Assembly (NCBI GenBank): GCA_965206595.1
Contig: OZ242214.1
Coordinates: forward strand, 352,001-416,000
Length of the DNA stretch: 64,000 bases
Direction: 5' to 3'
DNA from: Candidatus Latescibacterota bacterium
GTDB taxonomy: Bacteria > Latescibacterota > UBA2968 > UBA8231
Each line of letters starts with the position of its first letter. The stretch's first letter is position 1. Positions 20,481 to 30,982 of the stretch are shown here, piece after piece. A program made the position numbers and the translations under genes. Below the pieces are notes generated by a model that saw only the letters and a list, made by a program, of their open reading frames with translations, was not told the DNA's origin and ran no database searches.

Positions 20481-21407
20481 TCAGCCAGCGCCGAGCCAGC
20501 GGCGCAGCCGGTCGAAAAACGGCTCCGGCCGGTTGGAGACGAAGCAGAGGCTCTCGCCGTCCGGGGACCAGGCCGGCTCCCGGTCCGTGACAAACTCCGC
20601 GGTCAATCGCCTGACCCCGGTTCCGTCGACGGCCATGCGGTAGACATGGAAGTTCCAGTCCCGGTTGGAAACGAAGGCGATCGCCCTGCCGTCGCCGGAA
20701 ATGGCCGGTTCCTGATCCTGTCCGGGGTGATTGCTGAGGTTGACCACCTCCCCGCCGGCTGCCTCTGCGATGCAGATCTCGAGATTGCCGAAGCGGTCGC
20801 TCTCGAAGGCGATGCGGCCGTCCGGCAACCAGGCCGGGCGCGCGTCGTGCCCCTCGTGCCGGGTCAGGTTGCGCAGGTTGCCGCCGTCGCGGTCGGCGAC
20901 GTAAACCTCAAGATTGCCGTCGCGGAAGGTGGTGAAAGCGATGAGCCGCCCATCGGGCGACCAGGCCGGCTGGATGCCGTTCTCCACGACCCGCCGGATC
21001 GCCGCTTCCCCGCCCCCCAGCTTAAGGACGTAGATGTCGAACGATCCTTCCGCCGTTCTGCCTCCGAAGGCGATGGCCGTACCGTCAGGCGTCCAGGAGA
21101 GGCCGGCCACGCTGGCTATATGCGACGGTACCGGTATCCTCATCAGTTTTTCCCCGGCCGGGGAAACCACGTGGAACTCGCTCCGGCCTTCGGTGTGAGC
21201 GACGTACAGGACGCGCCGCCCGTCCGGGGCCCAGCGCGGGCTGGCGGTTCCCCATCCCCAGTTCTCCGCGGAGATGCGCACGATGGAGGATCCGTCCCGC
21301 GCCATGCGAAAGACGCTCCCCTCGAAGTCGTGGGCCGCAGCGGGTTGCTGCCAGAGGAGCGAACAGAGCGTCAGGATGACGGTCAGCCTGTCGGATGATC
21401 CAGACAT
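20481..21407 (-). CDS. TolB-like PD40 beta-propeller protein
   Basis: Repeats PRWAPDG, PAWSPDG, FESDRFGN and FVSNRD; signal peptide after ATG 21407. Confidence 0.82.
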   Translation of the reverse strand: MSGSSDRLTVILTLCSLLWQQPAAAHDFEGSVFRMARDGSSIVRISAENWGWGTASPRWAPDGRRVLYVAHTEGRSEFHVVSPAGEKLMRIPVPSHIASVAGLSWTPDGTAIAFGGRTAEGSFDIYVLKLGGGEAAIRRVVENGIQPAWSPDGRLIAFTTFRDGNLEVYVADRDGGNLRNLTRHEGHDARPAWLPDGRIAFESDRFGNLEICIAEAAGGEVVNLSNHPGQDQEPAISGDGRAIAFVSNRDWNFHVYRMAVDGTGVRRLTAEFVTDREPAWSPDGESLCFVSNRPEPFFDRLRRWLGAG

Positions 21408-21508
21408 GACTCGGGTCCAAGGGGAAGGGTGAAAAAGAAGCGGATCAGGGGTGAGCCGACGGACCGTCAAGGCTCACCAGGAGAGACGAGATGGGATAGG
21501 ATGGAACG

Positions 21509-22486
21509 CTACTCGATTTCCAGGGAGGCCTTGATCCGGCCCCAGGAGACAGCATCGACGGCGCTGTCTTCGATCTGCCCGACTGGGTCGTTGGACAGCA
21601 AAAGCCCGTCGAGAAAGGTATCCGCCCGATGGGACAGTACGTTCCAGAACGTGGAGTTGTGCTCGCCCGACTGCTGGAAATCGGGCCCCCAATTTTTCCA
21701 CACTGAATCGGGACCGGGCGGGTCATGGTCATTCACTAGAATCGTGAAACCGATAACCCCGCCCGCGGAAAACCGGCTGACTGCGCTCCCGGCAGGGCCG
21801 TCCCAGGATTCTTCCCCCCAGCGGTCGAACGGCGTCACGTACAGCTCGATCACCCAGATGACCGGGGCTTCTCCGGCAACGCCGCCCCCGCTTTCCGCAT
21901 AGGGTGGAAGGGTCGTCCATGAAAGCATTCCAGTCTGGACTCTATACATCACATCACTCAAGGTCGGACCGCTGGCGGTGTGTGAAATAGCCGCGTAAAA
22001 CTGAGTCTGCCCGTGACCCGCGATCCATTCCTCCCTTGGGTCGTCGTTGGAATAACCCGCACCTCCGCTGTGATCTCCGTCGATCGCCAGCGTGATGCTG
22101 TCATTCGAGAGTACGTCTCGTCGAGTTATGATAGAACTGCCGTAGTCGTGGGTGTTCTTGTACACGTCGTCGCTGGCCACAAAGGCGACGTAGAGGCGGG
22201 CGGGCTCGTCGTGCCAGGCCAGCCAGATGCGGAAGTCCAGGTCGGAAGGATCAAGCGGGGAGTTCTGAAATTCTTCCGTGAAATCCAGCAGGGTCAGGGT
22301 CGGCTCGCCGAGCAGGTCGATCCACTCCTGTATCTGGCCGTCGTCGAGCCGGATCTCGGCCAGCATCTCGTCGCTGAGATAGGGAATCGGGTAAAGGCGG
22401 TCGCCGACGTGGGCCTCGGCCTGGATGCCCAGCCAGAGAAGCAGGCCCAGGGTGGAGGAAAACAGCTTTTTAATCTGCACGGGCAT
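21509..22486 (-). CDS. Secreted CBM9/DOMON-like protein with SWGRIKASL C-terminus (paralog 1)
   Basis: Signal peptide (AEA-H); DG.I.EW, WLAW...LYVAF..DD, DGDHSGG and IGFTILVND motifs, typical of the CBM9-like fold. Confidence 0.75.
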   Translation of the reverse strand: MPVQIKKLFSSTLGLLLWLGIQAEAHVGDRLYPIPYLSDEMLAEIRLDDGQIQEWIDLLGEPTLTLLDFTEEFQNSPLDPSDLDFRIWLAWHDEPARLYVAFVASDDVYKNTHDYGSSIITRRDVLSNDSITLAIDGDHSGGAGYSNDDPREEWIAGHGQTQFYAAISHTASGPTLSDVMYRVQTGMLSWTTLPPYAESGGGVAGEAPVIWVIELYVTPFDRWGEESWDGPAGSAVSRFSAGGVIGFTILVNDHDPPGPDSVWKNWGPDFQQSGEHNSTFWNVLSHRADTFLDGLLLSNDPVGQIEDSAVDAVSWGRIKASLEIE

Positions 22487-22584
22487 GGCTCTCCTTTCCT
22501 GCTCAAGACCGACTCGCCGGACCGGCCCTCAGGCTTTCCCGGTCGGGGTCGGGAGGTGTAGTTTCGCGCATTTACCGCAAAGAT

Positions 22585-22604
22585 AAAAGGGCGGACAAGC
22601 GCCC
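22585..22604 (-). terminator. Candidate terminator downstream of the small Cys peptide gene
   Basis: Minus strand GGGCG-CTTGTC-CGCCC-TTTTATCTTT; the stem is short. Confidence 0.35.
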
Positions 22605-22671
22605 CGCTGCACCTGGAAGAAGGGTCGCGGGACACTCGTCCGCCTGGGGCAGACCTGGGTAGGAGAGGGGG

Positions 22672-22878
22672 TCAGTTACACAGGCAGTAGCTGTAAGTCT
22701 CGGACCAGGAGTAGTTTCCGTGCCCCAGTTGGGAGCACTTGTAGGCGCATGCTCCATCGGAGTAAACCCCGCCGAAATAGTGGTATGAACTTGCGCCGAG
22801 AAACAACGCCCCGGCAGAGAGCATGACCCCCGCCACAATGGCGAGATGGATCTTGTACCGTCTCAGAAAGTGTAGCAT
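22672..22878 (-). CDS. Small secreted Cys-rich peptide (CxxxC...CxC)
   Basis: RBS AGAGGT 5 nt upstream; basic-hydrophobic signal peptide; Cys44/48/65/67 in a Tyr/Gly/Ser-rich mature region. Confidence 0.7.
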   Translation of the reverse strand: MLHFLRRYKIHLAIVAGVMLSAGALFLGASSYHYFGGVYSDGACAYKCSQLGHGNYSWSETYSYCLCN

Positions 22879-23244
22879 TTTCTACCTCTTTTCGTTGTGA
22901 GGTGAGGTTTTCCCGGCATTGACCTGTTCCGAAGAAGCGGCTCCTTCCAGTCGTCGGGTCGGAAATCCGGCGCGCAACCTCGTCGCTCCCTCCTGTTGCC
23001 GCCGGCTATCGGTGCACTGCCTCCGCCTTCTCTATTGCTACTGCTGCTGCCCTCCAACACCAAGTCTGCAAGGAGTCCATCGGACACCAGCCCGATGGCT
23101 GCCTTGACGGGCAAGGTAAAAAAAAAGCTCGGGATCAAACCCCTTTTCATTGCCAAGGTCATTTACCCTTTCTGCCGCGAAATGGGGAACCGGTCCCCGG
23201 TCGGCTCGCGGTCGATGCCCTTGCGGTACGGATTCGATCTTCCG

Positions 23245-23438
23245 GATCGTGTCGAAGAGTTGATGACGTCCTCTTCAAACCAGATCCGCTCCGCGGCCTC
23301 GATCCGCTGCGTCTCCTCGAGTACGAGGAGATGGTCGACAGCCTCACCCTCGAAGAGGTGCGAGAAGCCGCGGAGAAGTACTTCGACCTGGAGAACTACG
23401 TGCGGGTCGTGCTGCTGCCGGCGCCGGCTGACGGGTAG
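23245..23438 (+). pseudogene. Internally deleted 3' copy of the M16 peptidase gene
   Basis: Near-identical DNA to ~27455-27590, encoding GLDPLRLLEYEEMVDSLTLEEVREAAEKYFDLENYVRVVLLP, plus a weaker upstream RVEEL match. Confidence 0.85.
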
Positions 23439-23446
23439 TCTGCCAG

Positions 23447-24421
23447 TCAGTCAGCCCTGGGCTGTTTCAGGGAGGCCTTGATCCGGCCCCAGGAGATCGA
23501 CTCGACCGCGCTGCCATCCGTTTCGGAGGGCAGCAGCAATCCGTCGAGAAAGGTATCCGCCCGCATGAATCGTATGTTCTGGAACGTGGTGTAGATCCCG
23601 TCCGATTGCTGCACTTCGGGCGCCCAATTTGTCCACTCTGAATCGTAAGGCGGCAAGTCATAATCAAACACTACCATCGTGAAACCGATCACCTTCCCCG
23701 CGGCAAAACGGCTGACTGCGCTCCCGGCGGGGTCCGCCCAGGTTTCCCCCCAGCGGTCGAACGGCGTAACGTACAGCTCGATCACCCAGATGACCGGCGT
23801 TTCTCCGGCCACGCCGCCGCCGCTTTCCGCATAGGGCGGCAGGGTCGTCCATGAAAGCTGGCCCGTCTGGATTCTATACACCTCATCACTCAAGGTCGGA
23901 CCGCTGACGGTACTGGAGATCGCCACATACGCTGGATTCTGCCCATGAATCTCGATCACTTCCTCCAATGGGTCGCCGTTGGAAACCCCCGCACCTCCGC
24001 TGTGATCTCCGTCGATCGCCAGGATGATGCTGTCATTCATGTGTACGTATCGTCGATTAACCTCAGAACTGTCGTAGTCGTGGGTGTTCTTGTACACGTC
24101 GTCGCTGGCCACGAAGGCGACGTAGAGACGGGCCGGCTCGTCGTGCCAGGCCAGCCAGATGCGGAAGTCTAGGTCGGAAGGATCAAGCGGGGAGTCCGCA
24201 ATTTCTTCCGTGAAATCCAGCAGGGTCAGGGTCGGCTCGCCGAGCAGGTCGTACCACTCCTGTATCTGGCCGTCGCCGAGCTGGATCTCGGCCAGCATCT
24301 CGTCGCTGAGATAGGGAATCGGGTACACCCGGTCGCCGACGTGGGCCTCGGCCGGGATGCCCAGCCAGAGGAGCAGGCCGAGGGCGGCGATCCATCGCTT
24401 TTTTTTACGGGAACGAGTCAT
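23447..24421 (-). CDS. Secreted CBM9/DOMON-like protein with SWGRIKASL C-terminus (paralog 2)
   Basis: Long blocks identical to paralog 1; start MTRSRKKKRW after AGGGAG. Confidence 0.78.
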   Translation of the reverse strand: MTRSRKKKRWIAALGLLLWLGIPAEAHVGDRVYPIPYLSDEMLAEIQLGDGQIQEWYDLLGEPTLTLLDFTEEIADSPLDPSDLDFRIWLAWHDEPARLYVAFVASDDVYKNTHDYDSSEVNRRYVHMNDSIILAIDGDHSGGAGVSNGDPLEEVIEIHGQNPAYVAISSTVSGPTLSDEVYRIQTGQLSWTTLPPYAESGGGVAGETPVIWVIELYVTPFDRWGETWADPAGSAVSRFAAGKVIGFTMVVFDYDLPPYDSEWTNWAPEVQQSDGIYTTFQNIRFMRADTFLDGLLLPSETDGSAVESISWGRIKASLKQPRAD

Positions 24422-24747
24422 GGCTTTCTTCTCTCCCTCAAAGCATTGATGTCCGATTTGCCGCTGCCGGAGTGTGGGTCCGCAAGGCTGCGGCACTCGG
24501 CAGGCATCCTACCAAATCCCCAGGCCCAGGGGGGTCGCCGTGAAGGCGGGACGGGGCCGGGATTCGGCTGGCGCATCGTCACCTCTGACACTGCCGTCGT
24601 ACCCTGCTTGCCGCGGAGCAAACGAATGGCCAGATGGCTGGCTTGGGGAATAACGGGAAAAGGGGTGACTATCCAAAAGCTGTTTCTTTTTTACTCGGCC
24701 CTGGCAACGGGGAGAGCAGGCCGCGCCCAACAAATAAGGAGTGGTGA

Positions 24748-27598
24748 ATGATGAGGACGAGATTTTCGCGAACCCTGTTCTGTTTCGCCCTGGCGGCCCT
24801 GGCAGCCTGTGCCGCCAGGAAAGAAACCGCTCCTGCTCCGCAGCCCGCACTTCCGGCCGAGCCTGAGCTGGAGGCCGCGCTCTCGCTCGATCCGCAGATC
24901 GTCGCCGGCGAGCTGGAGAACGGCTTCCGCTACCTGATTCGCGCCAACCGGAAGCCGGAAAACCGGGCGGAGTTTCACCTGACCGTCGACGTCGGCTCCG
25001 TCCTCGAAGAGGAGGGGGAGCAGGGAGTGGCTCACTTCCTCGAGCACATGGCTTTCAACGGCACCGCCAACTTCGCCAAGCAGGAGCTGGTCGACTACCT
25101 CGAGAGCATCGGCATGCGCCTGGGACCCGATCTCAACGCCGGCACCGGCTTCGACGAAACCGTGTACATGCTCACCGTGCCGACAGACAGCACCGAGTTC
25201 GTCGAGACCGCGTTCCGGATCTTCGAGGACTGGGCCCACGCCATGACCCTGGATCCCGAGGAGGTCGAAAAGGAGCGCGGCGTGGTGATCGAGGAGTGGC
25301 GGCTGGGGAGAGGGGCGCTCCAGAGGATGCGCGACAGGCAGTTCCCGGTGATCCTGAAGAACTCCCGCTACGCCGAGCGCCTTCCGATCGGCCTGAAAGC
25401 CGTGCTCGACACGGTCGGACACACCAGCCTGCGCGAGTTCTATTCCAGGTGGTACCGGCCCGAGCTGATGGGGTTCGTCGCCGTCGGCGACTTCGACCCG
25501 GAATGGATCGAGGCGAAGGTGCGCGAGCATTTCTCCCGCCTGCAGCCGCGGGAGGATGCGCCGGAGCGGGCCGTCTACCCGGTGCCGGACCACGACGAGC
25601 CCCTGTTCGCCATCACCACCGACCCGGAGGCGACGGCGAACTGGATCAGCATCTTTTTCAAACAGGACGTGCGCCGGAAGCGGACTGCGGGAGACTACCG
25701 GCAACCTGGTCGAGGAGCTGTACGGCGGCATGATCAACCAGCGCCTGGATGAGCTGACCAGGTTGCCGGAGCCCCCGTTCGGGTTCGCGGTGGCGTGGCA
25801 GATGAGGATGGTGCGTTCCAAGGAATTCTTCCTGCTTGGGGCCGGGGTCGAGGACAACGGCTTCGACTCCGGGCTCGAGGCCGTGCTGACCGAGGTGGAA
25901 AGGGTGCGGGAGTTCGGCTTCACCTCCGGCGAGCTCGAGCGGCAGAAGAAGGAGATGCTGCGGAGGATGGAGCGGGCGTACCGCGAGCGCGACAAGAGGG
26001 AATCGGCCGCCCTGGCCCACGACTACGTCCACAACCTGCTCGACGGGGAGCCGGTTCCCGGACTCGAGAAGGAACTGCAGCTCCACCGGGCGTTGCTGCC
26101 GGGAATCCGGCTGGCCGAGGTCAACGCGTTCGCCGACTCCTGGACCGGCGAAAAGAACCGCGTCGTCGCTCTGTTCGCCCCGGAGAAGGAGGGCATTAAC
26201 GTGCCCTCCGAGGAGGAGCTGCTGGCGGTGTTCGCGCGCGTCTCGCAGAAGCAGATCGAGCCCTACGAGGAGGAGGTCTCCGAGGAGCCGATCGTCCCGG
26301 ACCTGCCGCAGCTGGCGGAGATCGTCGAGACCGACTCGATCCCCGGGCTCGGGGTGACGGAGTGGACCCTGTCCAACGGCATCCGGGTCCTTCTCAAGCC
26401 GACGGACTTCAAGAACGACCAGGTGCTGTTCAGGGCCTACAGTCCCGGCGGGACCTCGCTCGTCGAGGACGCCGATTTCGTGGCGGCGTCGACGGCCGCC
26501 GAGGTCGTCCGGGAAGGGGGCGTCGCCCGGTTCGATCTCGTCGAGCTGCGCAAGAAGCTGGCCGGAAAGGTGGCGTACGCCGGTCCCTGGATCGACGATC
26601 TGCAGGAGGGGATCTCCGGTTCGGCATCGCCGCAGGACCTGCGGACCATGTTCGAGCTGATCTACGCATCCGTCACCGCGCCGCGCCGGGACAGCACCGC
26701 TTTCGCCGCCTACCGGACGCGGACGAAGGCATACCTCGAAAACCGCAGCGCGCGCCCGGAGACCGCCTTCCGCGATACCCTGACCCTGACCATGGCGCAG
26801 TACCACCCTCGAGCGCGTCCCATGTCGCTGGAGACCCTGGAGGAAACCGACCTCGAGAAGTCGATGCGGATCTTCCGCGACCGCTTCGCCGACTTCGCCG
26901 ACTTCACCTTCTGCTTCGTCGGCAACTTCACCCCGAGGGAGCTGGAACCGCTGGTGCTGACCTATCTCGGGGGCCTGCCCGCAAGCGGCCGCCGCGAGAC
27001 CTGGCGCGATCCAGGCCTGAAAGCCCCGGCGGGAGTGATCGAGAAAACCGTGCGCAGGGGAATCGATCCCAAGAGCCGCTCCGCCATCGTCTTCACCGGC
27101 CCGTTCGAGTTCGACGGATGGCGAAACAATTTCGTCCTCGAAGCGATGGCGGACGTGCTCGAGATCAGGCTGCGCGAGGTGCTGCGCGAGGATCTCGGGG
27201 GCACCTATCACGTTTCCGTGGATGGCAGCGGCTCCCGATATCCCGGGGAGCGCTACCGCATCGATCTGGGCTTCGGCTGCGATCCGGGGCGGGTCGAAGA
27301 GTTGACCGGGGTCGTCTTCGCGCAGATCGACAGCCTGAAGACCGCGGGCACGACCAATGAGCACTTGACCAAGGCGAAGGAGACGGCCAAGCGAAAGCGG
27401 GAGGTGCAGCTGAAGGAGAACGAGTTCTGGGTCTCCCGGCTCATGGACGACGACTTCCACGGCCTCGACCCGCTGCGCCTTCTCGAGTACGACGAGATGG
27501 TCGGCAGCCTCACCCTCGAAGAGGTGCGCGAAGCCGCGGGGAAGTACTTCGACCTGGAGAACTAGGTGCGGGTCGTGCTTCTGCCGGAGGAGGAGTAG
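24748..27598 (+). pseudogene. pqqL: M16 family zinc protease (PqqL-like lipoprotein) with a frameshift and a late premature stop
   Basis: HFLEH motif and lipobox LAAC. Frameshift near 25700 (DYR|NLVEE) links ORFs 24748-25752 and 25556-27565. TAG at 27563 precedes the conserved VRVVLLP; the next stop is at 27598. The lesions could be sequencing errors. Confidence 0.78.
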
Positions 27599-27854
27599 GC
27601 GGACTGATGGCGGCGCGCGCATAAGCAAGCGGCCGAATTGACGCCGAACTGGGCGCGCAGGCACTGGAGTCCGGCGGTTCAGGCTGCAGGAGACCCACGG
27701 CATGAGGGGTACCGGGCGGCGCGAGGGCACGGGATTACCCTCGAGGGTGCGTCCTGCGCCGGAGGTTCGCGCACCCCCTGCGGGAAGCGAGGATATTGAC
27801 GGACTCCCCCGGTTTGGCGGTACTTGGCGCCCACTTCAGACAGGAGGGACAACC

Positions 27855-28850
27855 ATGAAACTGCGTCAACTGACTCTGGCACTGGCCTGCGTCGCGATCG
27901 GCATCGCTCTCGCAGGGGACGGCTTCGCGCAGACGCGCGAAAAGGGGCCGTGGTGGCCGCACCCGCTGTGGGGGGCCGAGGATCAGGCGGGAGGCTCGAA
28001 CTGGATTACCCCGGAGAAGATCCTCGAGGCGGTACAGCTCGTGAAGACGGGCAAGGTGTACGAGATCGGGCAGGTGTACGAGCGCGGCATGCCGCTGTTC
28101 GGAGACCGCACCTACTCGATGTTTATCCCGGGTTCCCCTTCCGGCGGCCCGTTCGGAGAGAACGGGCTCGTCTACCACGACGAGATCCTGACCGCCGAGA
28201 TCGGGCAGGTCGGAACCCAGTTCGACGGCCCGGGCCACATCGGCATCCGCACCACCATGGAGGACGGCTCCACCCAGGATCTGTTCTACAACGGCACGCC
28301 AGTGAGCGAGATGGCGGGCTCCTACGGCCTGCGGAAGCTGGGCATCGAGCAGGTGAAGCCGTACCTGACCCGCGGCATACTAATCGACATTGCCGGCCAA
28401 AAGGGGGTGGAAGCGCTCGATCACAGCTACGAGGTGACCGTGGCCGACGTGAGGGCGGCCCTCGAGCGCCAGGGGATGTCGGAGCAGGATCTGAAGGACG
28501 GGGACGCCCTCTTCTTCCGCTACGGGTGGTCGAAGCACTGGACCGACGCCGACAAATACAACACCAACCCACCCGGAATCGGTCTCGAGGTGGCGGCCTG
28601 GGTCGCCGAGCGCAATGCCTCGATGTGGGGGTCCGACCAGTGGAACGGCGAGGTGACCCCGAACCCCGATGCGGGCCTGGGTTTCCCCGTGCACACCGAG
28701 CTGATCTGCAAGCACGGCATCTGGAACCTCGAAAACATGGTCTTCGACCGGCTGGTCGAGGACGAGGTCTACGAGTTCCTGTTCGTGTTCGCTCCGATCC
28801 GCTTCAAGGGCGGGACCGGCTCTCCCGGCCGGCCCCTGGCGATTCGCTGA
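27855..28850 (+). CDS. Cyclase/kynurenine formamidase-like family protein, secreted
   Basis: WGAEDQAG, GTQFDGPGH, RGILID and GGTGSPGRPLA motifs; signal peptide; RBS GGAGGG. Confidence 0.88.
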   Translation: MKLRQLTLALACVAIGIALAGDGFAQTREKGPWWPHPLWGAEDQAGGSNWITPEKILEAVQLVKTGKVYEIGQVYERGMPLFGDRTYSMFIPGSPSGGPFGENGLVYHDEILTAEIGQVGTQFDGPGHIGIRTTMEDGSTQDLFYNGTPVSEMAGSYGLRKLGIEQVKPYLTRGILIDIAGQKGVEALDHSYEVTVADVRAALERQGMSEQDLKDGDALFFRYGWSKHWTDADKYNTNPPGIGLEVAAWVAERNASMWGSDQWNGEVTPNPDAGLGFPVHTELICKHGIWNLENMVFDRLVEDEVYEFLFVFAPIRFKGGTGSPGRPLAIR

Positions 28851-28900
28851 GGGCCCGGCCTTCGCGGGGCAATCCTGGCTCCGGAAGGAGCGAAGATCCC

Positions 28901-29557
28901 TCATCCAGGGTCCCGTGCGATTTTGCACGGGACCCAGTTCCTGGTCCAGTGTTCTTCGCTCTGCACGTGGCCCGGGCGGACGCTCTTGCAGACACTGCGC
29001 TCAAATTCCGCCGCGGGGAATCCGCGGGCCAGCCGTAGTACGACGCCCTCCCGCTCTCCTCCAAGCAGGGAGGCTTCCCCGTGCGCGCGCTCCAGGAACG
29101 CACGTATCTCCGCAAGCGACCGGAAGCGGCCCTTGAACAGGATCGGGACAACCGGGATTTCCTGCCGCTTTGCATAGGCTTCGACTTCCGAAAAGGATGC
29201 GAATGCGCCATCTCCGCCCCTGAGCGCAAATGCATAGAAGGTCCGGTTTTCCGGCACGGGGTCGTACGCGATGCTGTGCACCCCGTAGATATCCTCGCCG
29301 TAGAGATACCGATCCGGCTCCCTCACTTTCCAGGCGTGGTGTTTCTTCACCATCGCCATCCATTTGCCTGCGCAAGGGGCCGACACGCTGCGCCCATATA
29401 CCTCGCCTGCGTGAAGCAGCGTGTTGCCGCCATCCAACTTCTCCGTCACCACCACGGGCTCGTCGACGAATCGACGGGGGTCCGGATGCACGGCGTCGTC
29501 ACGCCCAATGAACGGCGACCAGGGCCAGTACGGGGTCTTTGGATACTTGGGGTTCAT
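28901..29557 (-). CDS. ATP-dependent RNA ligase family protein
   Basis: KYPKTP, motif I TEKLDG, LYGE, HSIAY, FYAF, EGVV and motif V KSVR; intact ORF. Confidence 0.85.
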   Translation of the reverse strand: MNPKYPKTPYWPWSPFIGRDDAVHPDPRRFVDEPVVVTEKLDGGNTLLHAGEVYGRSVSAPCAGKWMAMVKKHHAWKVREPDRYLYGEDIYGVHSIAYDPVPENRTFYAFALRGGDGAFASFSEVEAYAKRQEIPVVPILFKGRFRSLAEIRAFLERAHGEASLLGGEREGVVLRLARGFPAAEFERSVCKSVRPGHVQSEEHWTRNWVPCKIARDPG

Positions 29558-29594
29558 CGGCCTCCCCCTCGGTTCTCACCTACCCCCCGGGAGG

Positions 29595-29850
29595 TCATTT
29601 TTTGGCGTGTTGAGGGCAGAGCTGCTTGACTTCCACGCCCAGTTCGTCCATCAACGGCTCGTGTTCGCCCCAGTCGCTGTCGGTCGCGTTCAGAACAACA
29701 GCTTCAGCAGCCACCGCGACCGCGAGAAACTTCCGGTCCGACCGGTCAAACCTGTTCTCGGGCACAAGCCAGTTGGCACAGATCATCTGCGTGGGTTGCT
29801 CTTGCGTTCGCGGCGATCGCGACGTTGGTATCCACGACGAATGCCGTCAT
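29595..29850 (-). pseudogene. PIN-like nuclease gene with an internal deletion/frameshift
   Basis: 5' part MTAFVVDTNVAIAAN (ATG overlaps the ATPase stop, ATGA); 3' part in another frame, FDRSDRKFLAVA...NATDSDW. Confidence 0.7.
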
Positions 29851-30982
29851 GCGGACTGCTCCATCTTTCTTCTCAAGGAAGCCTTGGTGATCGCGGCGAT
29901 CTCACCCATTTCGTCGCCAAAGAACTGGTGAGGCCAGTTTTCGATCTCGCCCCACTCGTTAAGGGCAAGATCAGAAGCGTTCGCCACGCCACGATTCGTC
30001 GATACGAAATACAGCTTGACGTAGTCGGAGGAAATTTCCTCTTCAGCCACCCGGAGTTGCAGACGCCGCATCAGGTGCTCGCTGTGACTTTCCAGGATGA
30101 TCTGCACGTTTCGAGTCCCGGCGACCTTCAACATGACATCCGCCAACCCGCTCTGCACGGCTGGATGGAGATGGATTTCCGGCTGCTCCAGAAGCACCGT
30201 CGAACCTTCCGGGACGTAGTAGAGCAAGACCAAGGCCGGCAGAACCTGGGATACACCGAATCCGACGTCGGTCAGCGCCACCGGCACGCTCGACACGGAA
30301 GTCCTGACCATCTGGGATGCTCCCGCAGAGGACCGAGATAGAAGATGGAATCCATCAGTCTTTCATAGGCAAGTTCAAAGTCACCAAGGAAGTTCGCGTT
30401 CTGATAGTAGATCCTTGTCTCATCGGGAAACCGGTAGGTCTTTACCGGATGCGGGAGCCGCCAGGGACGGCCCCGGTTGCGTATGAACTCGAATTCTACG
30501 GTGTCGGCCAGATCGAATTCCGTTTCCGAGCCATCCTCGGGTTGCAGCCTGAAATCCACTCCGGCGAACCGATAGGCCAGCTCGTGCGGCCACAGGCGTG
30601 TCTGTCTCAAGCCGACCTCACACTGGGTTCGAAGGCGATCGCCTTCGAACAGCAGGCTGCCTCTGGGTCCCGTAGGGTCATTTATTTCGAGCTTCTCCGG
30701 CAGGGTCCAGTCGAGGGCCCAGCTTATTCGAGTTTGCTCGTCTTGCTGGTGAACCACGTCCTTGAAGGTCCCGAGATTCACCATGTCCCCAGGCCCCCCG
30801 AAATCGAGGACCAAGCCTCGGTCCGTGGCGTTTCGGGTCTGCTTCAGCAAAAGGAGAAACTGGAGAAGGCTGCTCTTTCCGGCGCTGTTGGGTCCGAAGA
30901 ACCCGGTTACTTTTCCGAGCGTCAGATCCGCTTCCTTCCACGCTTTGAAATTTCCGATTTTGAGGTGGTTCAGCATATCCAT
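29847..30982 (-). pseudogene. AAA_21/DUF3696-type ABC-like ATPase with an internal deletion/frameshift
   Basis: NFKAW and Walker A GPNSAGKS, then YLGPLR, then a frame jump near 30312 to DVGFGVSQVLP, EQPEIHLHP, ESHSEH and WPHQFFG. Confidence 0.8.

Noticed and set aside
22672-22878. RiPP precursor interpretation of the Cys peptide
   Set aside because: No neighbouring radical SAM, LanM/YcaO or peptidase-transporter genes, and the N-terminus looks like an ordinary Sec-pathway signal peptide.
21509-24421. Diversity-generating retroelement as the cause of paralog variation
   Set aside because: No reverse transcriptase or template repeat in the window, and the differences are not confined to adenines.
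23100-24715. Weak inverted similarity between AT-rich tracts at ~23105-23160 and ~24655-24705
   Set aside because: Low-complexity and heavily gapped; cannot be distinguished from chance by eye.
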